A stretch of 64,000 nt of DNA from an uncultured Lachnospiraceae bacterium. Its GTDB lineage: Bacteria; Bacillota; Clostridia; Lachnospirales; Lachnospiraceae. Below the pieces are notes generated by a model. It saw only the letters and a list, made by a program, of their open reading frames with translations, did not search any database and was not told the origin of the DNA. The position numbers and the translations under genes were made by a program. Location: positions 4,011-68,010 of the forward strand of contig CAJKQE010000005.1 of assembly GCA_905201915.1 (NCBI GenBank), read 5' to 3'. Below, piece after piece: positions 28,833 to 40,400 of the stretch (its first letter is position 1; each line of letters begins with the position of its first letter).

Positions 28833-29714
28833 ATGAAAGATTATATTGTAAGGGCTACTGCAGCAAACAGTCAAATTCGTGCATTTGCTGCTACAACAAG
28901 AGAAATGGTAGAGTTTGCCAGAGCAGCACACAATACCAGTCCTGTGGCAACTGCTGCCCTAGGTCGTCTTTTAACAGCAGGTTCTATGATGGGAATTATG
29001 ATGAAAGGCGAGAAAGACCTTTTAACTTTACAGGTAAAAGCAGGAGGTCCTTTAAATGGAATGACAGTGACTGCAGACTCAAAAGGAAATGTAAAGGGAT
29101 ATGTGGGAAATCCAAATGTGGTTATCCATGCAAATGAAAAAGGTAAATTAGATGTTGCCGGAGCTGTAGGCGTAGGTTTTATGAATGTTATTAAAGACAT
29201 GGGATTAAAGGAGCCTTATGTAGGGCAGACTGTTTTACAGACCAGTGAAATTGCAGAGGATTTAACTTATTATTTTGCTACAAGTGAACAGGTTCCGTCT
29301 TCTGTAGGACTGGGTGTTCTTATGGAAAAAGATAATACAGTGAAACAGGCAGGTGGCTTTATTATTCAGCTTATGCCATTTACAGAAGAAGCGGTAATTG
29401 AAAGACTGGAAGAAAATTTGAAAAATGTAACTTCTGTAACAGAATTGTTGGAGAAAGGTCATACACCGGAAAGTCTTCTGGAAACACTTCTTGCAGGATT
29501 TGATTTGGAAATAAACGAAAAAGTACCTACTCAGTTCCACTGCAATTGTACAAAAGAGCGAGTAGAAAAAGCATTAATCAGTATTGGAAGGAAAGAAATT
29601 CAGGAACTGATTGATGAAGGAAAAGAAATTGAAATGAATTGTCATTTCTGCAATAAGAATTATATTTTTACGGTGGAAGAACTGAAAAATATTTTAAAAG
29701 CGTGCAGAAAATAA
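28833..29714 (+). CDS. hslO: Hsp33 redox-regulated chaperone
   Basis: AALGRLLT, SEQVPS, AGGFIIQLMP, CNC...CHFC zinc motif. Confidence 0.96.
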   Translation: MKDYIVRATAANSQIRAFAATTREMVEFARAAHNTSPVATAALGRLLTAGSMMGIMMKGEKDLLTLQVKAGGPLNGMTVTADSKGNVKGYVGNPNVVIHANEKGKLDVAGAVGVGFMNVIKDMGLKEPYVGQTVLQTSEIAEDLTYYFATSEQVPSSVGLGVLMEKDNTVKQAGGFIIQLMPFTEEAVIERLEENLKNVTSVTELLEKGHTPESLLETLLAGFDLEINEKVPTQFHCNCTKERVEKALISIGRKEIQELIDEGKEIEMNCHFCNKNYIFTVEELKNILKACRK

Positions 29715-29739
29715 AAAAGCAGGAAAGGTGTGGTAAGTA

Positions 29740-31653
29740 ATGAAGGATGGTTTCATAAAGGTAGCAGCAGCAACACCGCAAATTGAAGTAGCAGATTGCA
29801 TCCATAACACACAGGAAATTGTGAAAAAAGCAAAAGAAATGAGTGCAGCAGGAGCCAGAATTCTGGTGTTTCCAGAGCTGTGTATTACAGGCTATACCTG
29901 CCATGATTTATTTTTTAATGAAACTTTATTACAGTCGGCAAAGAAACAGCTTTTAGTTTTAGCAGAGGAATTGAAAGATACAGAGGGACTTATTTTTGTA
30001 GGACTTCCTCTGGAGTATAATGGTAAGCTTTATAATACGGCAGCAGCAATTAACAGAGGAGAAATTCTGGGAATTATTCCAAAACACAGTATTCCTAATT
30101 ATGGTGAATTTTATGAAGCAAGGTATTTTACTTCCGGCAGAGATATAGAAAGCGAAATAAAGCTGGGAGATAAAATGGTTCCTTTCGGAAGTAAGGTTCT
30201 GTTTGAATGTGAAGAAATGCCGCAACTTTGTGTTGCAGTAGAAATCTGTGAAGACGTATGGACTCCTGCATCACCGGGATTGTTTCATGCTATGGCAGGA
30301 GCCAATGTAATTGTAAATTTGTCTGCCAGTGATGAAATTGCAGGTAAATCGGAATACCGCAGAGAATTGATAAAAGGACAGTCCGCAAGACTTTTATGTG
30401 GATATGTATATGCTACAGCAGGAAATGGAGAGTCTACGCAGGATTTGGTTTTCGGAGGACAGAACTTAATCTGCGAAAATGGAAGTCTTCTTGCAGAGGC
30501 ACAGTTATTTAAAAATGAAACAATTTATGCAGTATTGGATATTCAGAAGCTTCGCGGAGAGAGAAGAAGAATTTCTACATGGCTGGAGGAAAAAGGAGAG
30601 AAGCATCTTCATATTTCATTTCATTTACCAATAGAAGAAACAGAAATTCACAATGATTTTGCAAAAAATCCTTTTGTACCGGATTGTGATTTAGAGAGAG
30701 CAAAAAGATGTGAGGAAATTCTTACAATACAGGCAATGGGACTGAAAAAGAGAATGGAACATACAGGATGTAAATCAGCTGTTCTGGGTATTTCAGGCGG
30801 TTTGGACTCTACCCTTGCACTTTTGGTTACGGCAAGAGCCATGGATTTTATGGGACTGGATAGGAAAAATATTACAGCAGTAACAATGCCATGCTTTGGA
30901 ACTACAGATAGAACGTATACAAATGCCTGCGAGCTTACGAAACGTCTGGGTGCAGAGCTTTTAGAAGTAGATATTAAAAAGGCTGTTCTGCAGCATTTCG
31001 AGGATATTGGTCACGATTATAATGTACATGATGTTACCTTTGAAAATGCACAGGCAAGAGAGAGAACACAGGTGATTATGGATATTGCCAATCAGCAGGG
31101 AGGCATGGTAATCGGAACGGGAGATTTCTCAGAGCTGGCGCTTGGATGGGCAACTTATAACGGAGACCACATGTCTATGTATGGTGTGAATGCCGGAGTT
31201 CCTAAAACCATGGTACGTCATTTGGTGCGTCATTATGCGGATACCTGCAAGGAGGAAAATCTTGCAGAGATTTTAAGAGACGTTTTAGATACGCCGGTGA
31301 GTCCGGAGTTATTGCCTCCAAAGGAAGGTGAGATTGCACAGAAAACAGAGGATTTAGTAGGGCCTTATGAGCTTCATGACTTTTTCCTTTACTATATGTT
31401 GAGTTTTCATTTTTCACCTTCTAAGATTTATCGCATTGCAAAGAAAACCTTTGAGGGAATTTATACAGAAGAAGAAATTTTAAAATGGATGAGAAAGTGC
31501 TATTGGAGATTTTTCTCACAGCAATTTAAGCGTTCCTGTCTGCCGGATGGGCCAAAGGTAGGAAGTGTATCTGTTTCGCCGAGAGGAGATTTGCGTATGC
31601 CAAGCGATGCTTGCGTGAGAATTTGGATGGACGAAATAGAAAAATTAAATTAA
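29740..31653 (+). CDS. nadE: Glutamine-dependent NAD+ synthetase
   Basis: Nitrilase domain (FPEL, EICEDVW) plus GISGGLDST, ENAQARERT, FKRSCLPDGPK. Confidence 0.96.
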   Translation: MKDGFIKVAAATPQIEVADCIHNTQEIVKKAKEMSAAGARILVFPELCITGYTCHDLFFNETLLQSAKKQLLVLAEELKDTEGLIFVGLPLEYNGKLYNTAAAINRGEILGIIPKHSIPNYGEFYEARYFTSGRDIESEIKLGDKMVPFGSKVLFECEEMPQLCVAVEICEDVWTPASPGLFHAMAGANVIVNLSASDEIAGKSEYRRELIKGQSARLLCGYVYATAGNGESTQDLVFGGQNLICENGSLLAEAQLFKNETIYAVLDIQKLRGERRRISTWLEEKGEKHLHISFHLPIEETEIHNDFAKNPFVPDCDLERAKRCEEILTIQAMGLKKRMEHTGCKSAVLGISGGLDSTLALLVTARAMDFMGLDRKNITAVTMPCFGTTDRTYTNACELTKRLGAELLEVDIKKAVLQHFEDIGHDYNVHDVTFENAQARERTQVIMDIANQQGGMVIGTGDFSELALGWATYNGDHMSMYGVNAGVPKTMVRHLVRHYADTCKEENLAEILRDVLDTPVSPELLPPKEGEIAQKTEDLVGPYELHDFFLYYMLSFHFSPSKIYRIAKKTFEGIYTEEEILKWMRKCYWRFFSQQFKRSCLPDGPKVGSVSVSPRGDLRMPSDACVRIWMDEIEKLN

Positions 31654-31660
31654 AAATGCA

Positions 31661-31773
31661 AGAGCATATCACATCAGGCAGATAGTGAAAATGAGGCTGT
31701 TACTTTAAAATGTATAACTATTCCGGATATATATTTAAAGTGACAGCCTCATTCTTAATGTAACGGCTCTTTT
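31661..31773. repeat. Palindromic intergenic element (family B, copy 2) / bidirectional terminator
   Basis: AATGAGGCTGTTACTTTAAA ... TTTAAAGTGACAGCCTCATT; shares TGTATAACTATT and TTAATGTnnCGGCTCTTTT with 10641-10792. Confidence 0.55.
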
Positions 31774-32207
31774 TATTCTTTTCTGGCTTTTTCTAAGGCG
31801 TTGTCAATGGCCTCTAAAAGAAGCATAGAAGTGTACTTATTTTCCTCAGAGTATGTGATGTTTTCTGTGGACTGTGATGTATAAATCTGGTCGGAGAGTG
31901 CATCAAGGGCAGGCTCTACCAGAGGATACATGGCAGTAGTGGTTTCACTGAGATTGACAAGAGAAATAGAATTGATATGATTTTCATCTACAGTAACCTC
32001 CACGTCAAAAGTATTGTCATTTAATGTAATAGGGCTGGTATAAACACCTGCATGATATATGGCATCTGCACTGGCAGAATCTGCATTTTTATTTTTTCCA
32101 AACATCAAAAAAAGCAAAACGGCCAGTACAACAGCTAAAACTACAAAAATTCCGGTATAAATAACTTCCTTTGTATGTAAAACGACAATTTTAGTTTTTG
32201 AACTCAT
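31773..32207 (-). CDS. Membrane-anchored hypothetical protein with FMN-binding-domain-like region
   Basis: One N-terminal TM; GVYTS...DVEVTVDENHINSI...LLEAIDNALEKA; GGAGGTG RBS. Confidence 0.7.
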   Translation of the reverse strand: MSSKTKIVVLHTKEVIYTGIFVVLAVVLAVLLFLMFGKNKNADSASADAIYHAGVYTSPITLNDNTFDVEVTVDENHINSISLVNLSETTTAMYPLVEPALDALSDQIYTSQSTENITYSEENKYTSMLLLEAIDNALEKARKE

Positions 32208-32344
32208 GGCTGCACCTCCCATATTCCTTTTTATAACATATTACAGAAATAAGAAAAATATACCTGATAAATTCAACTGCTTTCATTGAAATTTCTAAGA
32301 AATTCATGATAAAATGGACAGCGAAAGGAGAAATAAGACGTATA

Positions 32345-33214
32345 ATGAACATGAAAAAACAATATAAAGGAATTTTTTATATTATTTTATCTGCATTTTG
32401 CTTTTCCCTCATGGATATGTTTGTTCGTATGTCAGGGGATTTGCCTTCTATACAGAAAAGCTTTTTCAGAAATATTGTGGCAGCTGTTTTTGGCTGTATT
32501 TTAGTGCTAAAAGAGAAAGACAGCTTTCAGTGGAAGAAGGGAAGCGGTAAATATTTGATTTTGCGCTCCATGTTTGGAACATTGGGAATTTTATGTAATT
32601 TCTATGCGATTGATCATCTGGCACTGGCAGATGCCTCTATGCTGAATAAAATGTCTCCGTTTTTTGTAGTGATTTTCAGCTTTTTACTTTTAAAAGAAAA
32701 AGTAACAATTACACAGACACTTTTGGTTATTAGTGCTTTTTGTGGAAGTCTGTTTGTAGTAAAGCCTACAGTTTCCAATCTGGATTTAGTACCGTCTTTA
32801 ATCGGACTTTTAGGGGGACTGGGGGCAGGTGCAGCCTATACCATGGTGCGAAAATTGGGAACCATAGGAGTAAAAGGCCCATTTATCGTATTTTTCTTTT
32901 CTACTTTTTCCTGTGTAGTTACTTTGCCATGGTTGATTTTTGATTATCATACAATGACTTTGGCACAGACTGTTATTTTATTGATGGCAGGGCTTTGTGC
33001 AGCGGGAGGACAGTTTGCTATTACTGCAGCATATTGTTATGCACCGGCAAGTGAAGTATCAATTTATGATTATACAAAAGTTATTTTTTCCATGATTTTA
33101 GGGTTTGTGATGTTTCAGCAAATCCCTGATTTTTACAGTTGGGTTGGGTACATCATCATCTGTTTGATGGCGATTTTTATGTTTTTTTATAATAAAAGGA
33201 GAAGTGCAAGATGA
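32345..33214 (+). CDS. DMT/EamA family transporter
   Basis: ~10 TM in two EamA repeats; exact start (32345 or 32351) uncertain. Confidence 0.88.
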   Translation: MNMKKQYKGIFYIILSAFCFSLMDMFVRMSGDLPSIQKSFFRNIVAAVFGCILVLKEKDSFQWKKGSGKYLILRSMFGTLGILCNFYAIDHLALADASMLNKMSPFFVVIFSFLLLKEKVTITQTLLVISAFCGSLFVVKPTVSNLDLVPSLIGLLGGLGAGAAYTMVRKLGTIGVKGPFIVFFFSTFSCVVTLPWLIFDYHTMTLAQTVILLMAGLCAAGGQFAITAAYCYAPASEVSIYDYTKVIFSMILGFVMFQQIPDFYSWVGYIIICLMAIFMFFYNKRRSAR

Positions 33215-34017
33215 AATATAAATTATTAGTATTGGATATTGATGGAACTGTAACAAATTCCAAAAAACAGATTACAGAAAAAACAAGAAATGCGATTTTA
33301 GAATTGCAAAAAAGCGGAATTCCGGTGGCAATTGCGTCAGGAAGAGCACCTCAGGGAATTTATTCTGTTGCCAAAGCATTGGAACTTGATAAATTTGGAA
33401 GTTATATTATGCCTTTTAATGGCGCCAGAATTATAAATTTTAAAACGGAGGAATGTATTTACTCAAAGACACTTCCGTTACACCTTCCTGCCAGATTATG
33501 GAGGGATGCAGTAGAAAATGGCATTGGTATTGTGACTTATGATGAAAAAGAAGTGATTGCAGGAACAAAGCCGGATAAATATATGCTTCTTGAGGCAAAG
33601 ATTGCATCAATGCCTATTGCATATCATGAAGATTTTCATACTTATGTGGATTTTCCGGTAAATAAATGCCTTATGACAGGAGAGCCGGAAGACTTAGAGG
33701 CACTAGAGCCGGTATTTGCACAGAAATATTTTCATGAGGCACAGATTTTTCGTTCAGAGCCATACTTTTTAGAAGCTACACCGAAAAATGTAGATAAAGC
33801 CTACTGTTTGAAGCATCTTTTGGAAATATTGGGGATTAAAAGAGAAGAAATGATTTGCTGTGGTGACGGATTTAATGATATTTCTATGATACAGTATGCA
33901 GGTCTTGGTGTGGCAATGGCAAATGCACAGGAGCAGGTAAAAGCAGTAGCAGATTATGTTACAGTCTGTGACAATGACCATGATGGAATTGCGGAGGTTA
34001 TTGAAAAGTTCTTTTAA
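33211..34017 (+). CDS. Cof-type HAD-IIB hydrolase
   Basis: LDIDGT, ASGR, VDKA, GDGFNDISMI, GVAMANA. Confidence 0.93.
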   Translation: MKYKLLVLDIDGTVTNSKKQITEKTRNAILELQKSGIPVAIASGRAPQGIYSVAKALELDKFGSYIMPFNGARIINFKTEECIYSKTLPLHLPARLWRDAVENGIGIVTYDEKEVIAGTKPDKYMLLEAKIASMPIAYHEDFHTYVDFPVNKCLMTGEPEDLEALEPVFAQKYFHEAQIFRSEPYFLEATPKNVDKAYCLKHLLEILGIKREEMICCGDGFNDISMIQYAGLGVAMANAQEQVKAVADYVTVCDNDHDGIAEVIEKFF

Positions 34018-34034
34018 AAACAGCAGGAGGTTTT

Positions 34035-37000
34035 ATGGCATTACAATTTATTTTCGGCGGAGCAGGTGCAGGAAAATCCTATTATATTTATAACAATATC
34101 ATACAACAGTCCATAGAAAATCCCGAAAAACAATATTTAATTTTAGTGCCGGAGCAGTTTACCATGCAGACACAAAAAGAGCTTGTTACCATGCATCCAA
34201 GAAAGGGAATTTGCAACATAGATGTGTTAAGCTTTGAGCGTCTTGCCTTTCGTGTACTTACAGAAATGGGTGAGAGCCAGAGAGTGCTGTTAGAGGAAAC
34301 CGGAAAAAGTATGGTGCTTCGGAGAGTTGCTCAGGAAAAGAAAAAAGAGCTGAAAATATTAGGGGCGAAAATGGATAAGCAGGGATATATTTCTCAGATG
34401 AAATCCATGGTATCTGAGTTGCGTCAGTACGAAATTTCAACGGAAGATTTAGAGGATATATTGGAGAATTTAGCTTCTTCGCCGGAGCTGTATTATAAAT
34501 TACAGGATATAAAAACCTTATATCAGGGATTTTTTGATTATCTGGAAGGCAGTTTTATTACACAGGAAGAAGTGCTGGATGCCATGGGCAGAGTTGCACC
34601 CCTGTCAAAAAAATTAAAGGATAGTGTTCTTGTTTTGGATGGATATACGGGTTTTACACCCATTCAAATTCAACTTTTAGAGACACTTTTAGATATTTGT
34701 CAGGAGATTTATGTGACAGTTACTATTGCAGCAGGAGAAGATCCTTATAAAATGGGAAGTCCCCATGAATTGTTTTATCTTAGTAAACAGACGGTGGCAA
34801 GTCTTTTAAGAATTGCAAAAGAAAAGAAAATAAGTTGGAAAGAATACTGGATACCGGAAGGAAAGGGGACTTATCAGGGCAGATTTGCAGATAACCCGCC
34901 TATGGCTTTTCTGGAAAAGAATGTTTTTCGATACAGAAAGAAAAAATATCCAAAACCACAAAATGCAGTTCAAATTTACGAAGCTCAAAACCCTGCAAGC
35001 GAAATGGAAATGACAGCGGGACAAATCCGCCGCCTTGTAAGAACCAAGGGATATCGATACAGAGATTTCGCAGTGATTACGGGTGATATGCAGGTATACG
35101 CACCTGCAGCATCAAGAGCTTTTAAAAGATATGAAATTCCCTGTTTTATTGATGAAAAACATTCAGTATTTCTCAATCCTTTTGTGGAATATCTGAGAGC
35201 AGCCGTAGATATGATTGTGGAAAATTTCAGTTATGAAAGTGTATTTCGTATGTTGCGATGCGGTTTGAATGATATTTCTACAGAGGAAGCAGACCGATTA
35301 GAAAATTATGTAATTGCCATGGGAATTCGAGGTTTTTCCCGTTGGCAACAAGAATGGGTGAGAAGCTACAGGGGAGAAAATCCGGAAGAATGTGTACAAA
35401 TTGACAGGATAAGGGCAAGTCTTGTGGAAAAATGGCAGCCCTTTTATAAGAAAATGAAAACACCAGATGCTTCTGTGAGAACGTATACAGAAGCACTGTA
35501 TGAATATATAACTGCAAATAAAATTCAGGAAAAATTAAAGGAATTTACAAAGAATTTTGAGGCAGAGGGAAATCTTTCACTGGTAAAAGAGTACAGTCAG
35601 ATTTATGAAATTGTCATGAATTTACTGGACAAACTGGTGGAAATATTAGGTGATAAAAAGGTGCGTATTCGGGAGTTTAAAGAGATTTTGGAAGCAGGAC
35701 TTTCCGAGGCAAAAGTGGGAATTATTCCTCCGACCTCTGATCAGGTTTTGGTAGGAGATATGGAGAGAACACGATTAAAAGACATTAAAATTGTGTTTTT
35801 TGTAGGCGTAAATGAAGGGAAAATTCCCAAGGAACAACAGGCAGGAAAGCTCTTATCTGATTTAAACAGAGAGGAACTGAAAGGCTCTTTAAAAGAAAGA
35901 GGGCTATCCTTAGCACCTACAGCAAAGGAAAATCTCTATACTCAAAAGTTTTATCTTTATTTAAACCTTACAAAACCCAGCGAAAGAATTTATCTTTCTT
36001 ACAGTAGATTAAGCAGCAGCGGAGAGCCGCTGTCTCCTTCTTTTTTAGTTTCGCAGATACAAAAGCTGTTTCCGGATGCCATAAGAGAATGGGATGTTCC
36101 TCTGTTTGCAGAAAGTAAGTATGGAGCATTAGATAAATTATCAGAAGAAATACGAAAACAGGATAGAACTTCTCCTGTATTTGAGGAACTGATGAGCTGG
36201 TTTACCTCTCAAAAGGACTATGCAGAACTTATTAACGGTTTGATTGATGCTGCGTATTATGTAAATCCTCAGGAGAGCATCAGTAAAGGTGTAGCAGAAG
36301 CTCTTTATGGAACAGAGCTTTCCAATAGTGCCAGCAGACTGGAGCAGTTTGCAAAATGTGCCTGTTCTCATTTTTTAAGCTATGGTTTGATGCTAAGAGA
36401 ACGTGTCCGTTATGAGTTTAATATGGCAGATATGGGTACATTTTTGCATAACAGCCTTGACTTGTTTGCGCGAAAAGTACGAGAACAGGGGAAAAGCTGG
36501 ATAGATTTAGAAGATGCGGAGAGGGATGCTCTGGCAGAAAATTGCGTAACAGAAGTTGTAGAAAAATCTGGAGAGACAATTTTGTTAAGCAGCGCCAGAA
36601 ATGCCTATATTATCAACCGCGTGAAACGTATGGTAAAACGAAGTGTATGGGCGCTGCAAAATCAGTTAAAGCAGGGAGAATTTTATCCGGCTCTTACGGA
36701 GTGGGCTTTTGGAGAAAAAGATAATATAGACAGTCTGAACTTTGATTTAGCAACTGGGCAAAAGCTACATTTAAAAGGACGGATTGACCGAATTGATGTA
36801 TGTCAGGATAAAGAAAACCATCTTTATGTGAAGGTCATTGATTATAAATCAGGAACCACTCAGCTTGATTTAATAAAGCTTTATTATGGACTTCAAATTC
36901 AGCTGGCGCTTTACTTAAATGCAGCTCTTGAGCTGGAAAAGAAGCGTTTTCCAGATAAGATTGTACAGCCGGCAGGTGTGTTTTACTATAATACAAAAGA

Positions 37001-37469
37001 CCCCATTTTAAATAAAGAAGATGTGAAAAATCCGGAAAATCCACAGGAAGAAATTTTAAAGAAATTAAAGATGGATGGGATTTGCAGTTCAGAGCCGGAA
37101 ATTTTACAAAAGTTGGATAAAAATCTGGCAGTGGGGAAAAGTGTAGAGTCTTTTGCAGTGCCTGTGAAATATACGGCAAAAGGTACGTTTTCCAGTAATT
37201 CCAAAGTAGCAAATCAGAAAGAATTTGCCATCATGATGGAGTATGTACAGGATAAAGCAAAAAAAATCGGCAGAGAGATTTTAAAGGGAAATACCAGCGT
37301 AAATCCTTTTGAATGGAAAAAAGAAAATGCCTGTGAATATTGCCCTTATAAAGAAATATGTGGTTTTGATGAAAAGCTTCCGGGATATGAATATCGCAAA
37401 TTGGAAAAAGATAAATCAAGTAATCTGTGGTGTCTGATGGAAGAAGAAATGGAAAGGGGGGAAAAGTAA
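34035..37469 (+). CDS. addB: ATP-dependent helicase/nuclease subunit B
   Basis: GGAGAGKS, LVPEQFT, GRIDRID..VIDYKSG nuclease motif, Fe-S cysteines CEYCPYKEIC. Confidence 0.95.
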   Translation: MALQFIFGGAGAGKSYYIYNNIIQQSIENPEKQYLILVPEQFTMQTQKELVTMHPRKGICNIDVLSFERLAFRVLTEMGESQRVLLEETGKSMVLRRVAQEKKKELKILGAKMDKQGYISQMKSMVSELRQYEISTEDLEDILENLASSPELYYKLQDIKTLYQGFFDYLEGSFITQEEVLDAMGRVAPLSKKLKDSVLVLDGYTGFTPIQIQLLETLLDICQEIYVTVTIAAGEDPYKMGSPHELFYLSKQTVASLLRIAKEKKISWKEYWIPEGKGTYQGRFADNPPMAFLEKNVFRYRKKKYPKPQNAVQIYEAQNPASEMEMTAGQIRRLVRTKGYRYRDFAVITGDMQVYAPAASRAFKRYEIPCFIDEKHSVFLNPFVEYLRAAVDMIVENFSYESVFRMLRCGLNDISTEEADRLENYVIAMGIRGFSRWQQEWVRSYRGENPEECVQIDRIRASLVEKWQPFYKKMKTPDASVRTYTEALYEYITANKIQEKLKEFTKNFEAEGNLSLVKEYSQIYEIVMNLLDKLVEILGDKKVRIREFKEILEAGLSEAKVGIIPPTSDQVLVGDMERTRLKDIKIVFFVGVNEGKIPKEQQAGKLLSDLNREELKGSLKERGLSLAPTAKENLYTQKFYLYLNLTKPSERIYLSYSRLSSSGEPLSPSFLVSQIQKLFPDAIREWDVPLFAESKYGALDKLSEEIRKQDRTSPVFEELMSWFTSQKDYAELINGLIDAAYYVNPQESISKGVAEALYGTELSNSASRLEQFAKCACSHFLSYGLMLRERVRYEFNMADMGTFLHNSLDLFARKVREQGKSWIDLEDAERDALAENCVTEVVEKSGETILLSSARNAYIINRVKRMVKRSVWALQNQLKQGEFYPALTEWAFGEKDNIDSLNFDLATGQKLHLKGRIDRIDVCQDKENHLYVKVIDYKSGTTQLDLIKLYYGLQIQLALYLNAALELEKKRFPDKIVQPAGVFYYNTKDPILNKEDVKNPENPQEEILKKLKMDGICSSEPEILQKLDKNLAVGKSVESFAVPVKYTAKGTFSSNSKVANQKEFAIMMEYVQDKAKKIGREILKGNTSVNPFEWKKENACEYCPYKEICGFDEKLPGYEYRKLEKDKSSNLWCLMEEEMERGEK

Positions 37470-37470
37470 G

Positions 37471-40400
37471 ATGGGTGTTTCATGGACAGAGGAACAGCAG
37501 AAGGTTATTGATACCAGAAATTGTAATATACTGGTAAGTGCGGCTGCAGGAAGTGGTAAAACGGCTGTTTTGGTAGAACGAATTATTCAAAGAATAACAG
37601 ATAAAAACAATCCTGTGGATATTGATGAGCTTTTGATTGTAACCTTTACAAGAGCAGCTGCAGGGGAGATGAAAGAGCGTATCCGACAAGCCGTTGAGAA
37701 AAAGCTGGAAGCAAATCCCGAAGACGAACATCTCCAGAGACAGAGCACTTTGGTACATCATGCGCTGATTACCACCATTGACAGTTTTTGCTCTTATATT
37801 GTAAAAAACTATTTTCATCTTATTGATTTAGACCCTTCTTTTCGCATGGGAGATGAAGGGGAGATGCGCCTGTTGCAGGCAGATGTGGCAGATGCTGTTT
37901 TAGAGGAAGCATACACAGAAGAAGCTCCTTCTTTTCTTGCTTTTTCAGATGGATTTGCAGGGGGAAAGACAGATAAGAAAATTCCGGAAATGATTATAAA
38001 ATTATACAGTTTTTCCATGAGTTACCCTTATCCGGAAGAATGGCTTTTGAACTGTCGCAAAGCTTATGAGGTAGAAAGCATAGAGGAACTGGAAAATGCA
38101 GAGTGGATGAAACTTATAAAAAACGAAGTGAAACAGGAAATCAAAGAGGCTTCTATGCTGTTAAAGCAATCACTGGAAGTTTCAAAAGAGCCGGATGGCC
38201 CTGCTTTTTACATTGGTCTTTTGGAAGATGAAGTTTCGGCGTTGGAAAAGTCAGAGCAGACAGAATGCTTTTTTGAGTGGAAGGAAATGCTTGATAAACT
38301 GGAATTTAAGCGTCTTCCAGCAGGAAAAAAAGCAGAAAAAGAGCTGGTATCAGAAAGTCGGCAAGAACTTGCAAAGAATTTGCGAAATGAAGCAAAAGAG
38401 CAGATAAAAGCTTTAAAAGAACGGTATTTTCAGGAAACGGCAGAGGAGATGCTGGAAAACCTTCAAAGAGCAGGAGAGCCTGTAGGTGTTTTAGTGGATT
38501 TGACATTAGCGTTTATGAAGCTGTATAGGGAAAAGAAGAAAGAAAAGAATATTTTGGATTTTGGTGATTTGGAGCATTATGCTTTAGAAATTCTCATTCA
38601 TCATACTAAAGAAAAGGATGAGCGCACTGATGCAGCCAGAGAATTGTCAAAGAAATTTGAAGAAATTATGATTGACGAATATCAGGACAGCAACCTTGTA
38701 CAGGAAAAGCTTTTAACATCTGTTTCAAGAATAGAAGATGGAATTTATAATATTTTTATGGTGGGAGATGTGAAACAGAGTATTTACCGCTTCCGCCTTG
38801 CCAGACCGGATTTATTCATGGAGAAGTTTAAAACTTACCCTCAGGAAGCAGGAGGGGATTGCCTCCGTATTGATTTGCATAGGAATTTCAGAAGTCGTGC
38901 CGAAGTTTTAGAAGGTGTAAATTATCTGTTTTATCAGATTATGGGAGAAGATTTAGGGGGTGTAGAGTATGACAGAACAGCAGCTCTATATCCGGGAAAA
39001 ATTTTTCCGTCAAAACCGGAAGAAGAAAAGGAACCGGCAACAGAAGTACTGCTTTTGGAAGATGATGAGGAGGAGATTACCAGAGAGTCAGAGGCGAGAG
39101 CGGTTGCTTTGCGTATTGGAGAACTGGTGGGGAATTATCTGGTTTTGGATAAGAAAACAGAGGAATACCGACCTGCGAAATATTCCGATTTTACAATCTT
39201 GCTTCGTACCATGTCCGGTTGGGCAGAGACTTTTAAAAAAATCTTAAATTCCTGCGGAATTCCAGCCAGTGTTACTACAAAGACAGGTTATTTTTCTGCA
39301 CAGGAGGTAATGACGGTTCTGGATTATTTAAAAATTCTGGACAATCCTATGCAGGATATTCCACTTGCAGCAGCTCTTCACGGACTTCCCGATGGATTTA
39401 CTTTTCAGGAATTAGCAGAAATTAAGGTTCTGGGGATGGAGAATGAGAAAAGCAGCTTTTATGAAGCATTACTGTTGGGAGAAAATCTTTCTTCTCCTTT
39501 AGGAGAAAAAATACGCAAATTTTTTGCTGTGTATAGAAAACTTCGTGGAAAAGTTCCTTATACACCTATGCATGAATTGATTTGGGACTTTTATGACGCT
39601 ACAAATTTCTTAGTATATCAGCAGGCATTTGTATCAGGAGAGCAGAGAAAAGCAAATCTTCTGATGCTGGCAGAAAAGGCAAGAGACTACGAGAGCACCA
39701 GTTATCGAGGATTGTTTAATTTTATCCGCTATATAGAAAATTTAAAAAAGTATCAGGTAGATTTTGGGGAAGCTAATATTCTCTCAGAAAATGAAGATAC
39801 GGTACGAATTATGAGTATTCATGGAAGTAAAGGATTAGAATTTCCTATTGTATTCGTTGCAGGAATGGGTAAACAAATGAATATGCAGGATACAAGAGAG
39901 AATATGGTACTTCATCCTGAATTAGGCATTGGCTCTCCTTATATAGATACACAGCTTCGCATTCGCACACGAACAATTTTACAAAAGGCAGTACAAAGAG
40001 AAATCCTGCTGGAAAGTCTGGGAGAAGAACTGCGTATTCTTTATGTGGCATTAACAAGAGCCAAAGAAAAACTTATTCTCACAGGTGTAATATCAAAGTT
40101 GGAAGATACGTTAAAGAGTTTTGAAATGTTGAAAAAACATGGGGAAGAAAGAATGCCCTATGGTTTAAGGGTAAAGGGAAAAAGTTATCTGGATTGGGTA
40201 TTGAAAGCGCTGGCGAGACACAGGTCAATGACTCCTTTTTATAAAAGATATCATCTTTCTGTGTATCCTTTCAATGATATGTATGACAGAGAGCCGGATT
40301 TTACAGTGAGACAGATAAGTTCTTTAGAACTGGTGTTAGATGAAGCCCAGCTTCGCACAGAAGAAATGTTGAAAAAGGGAGAATTACTTTTGTGGGACAG

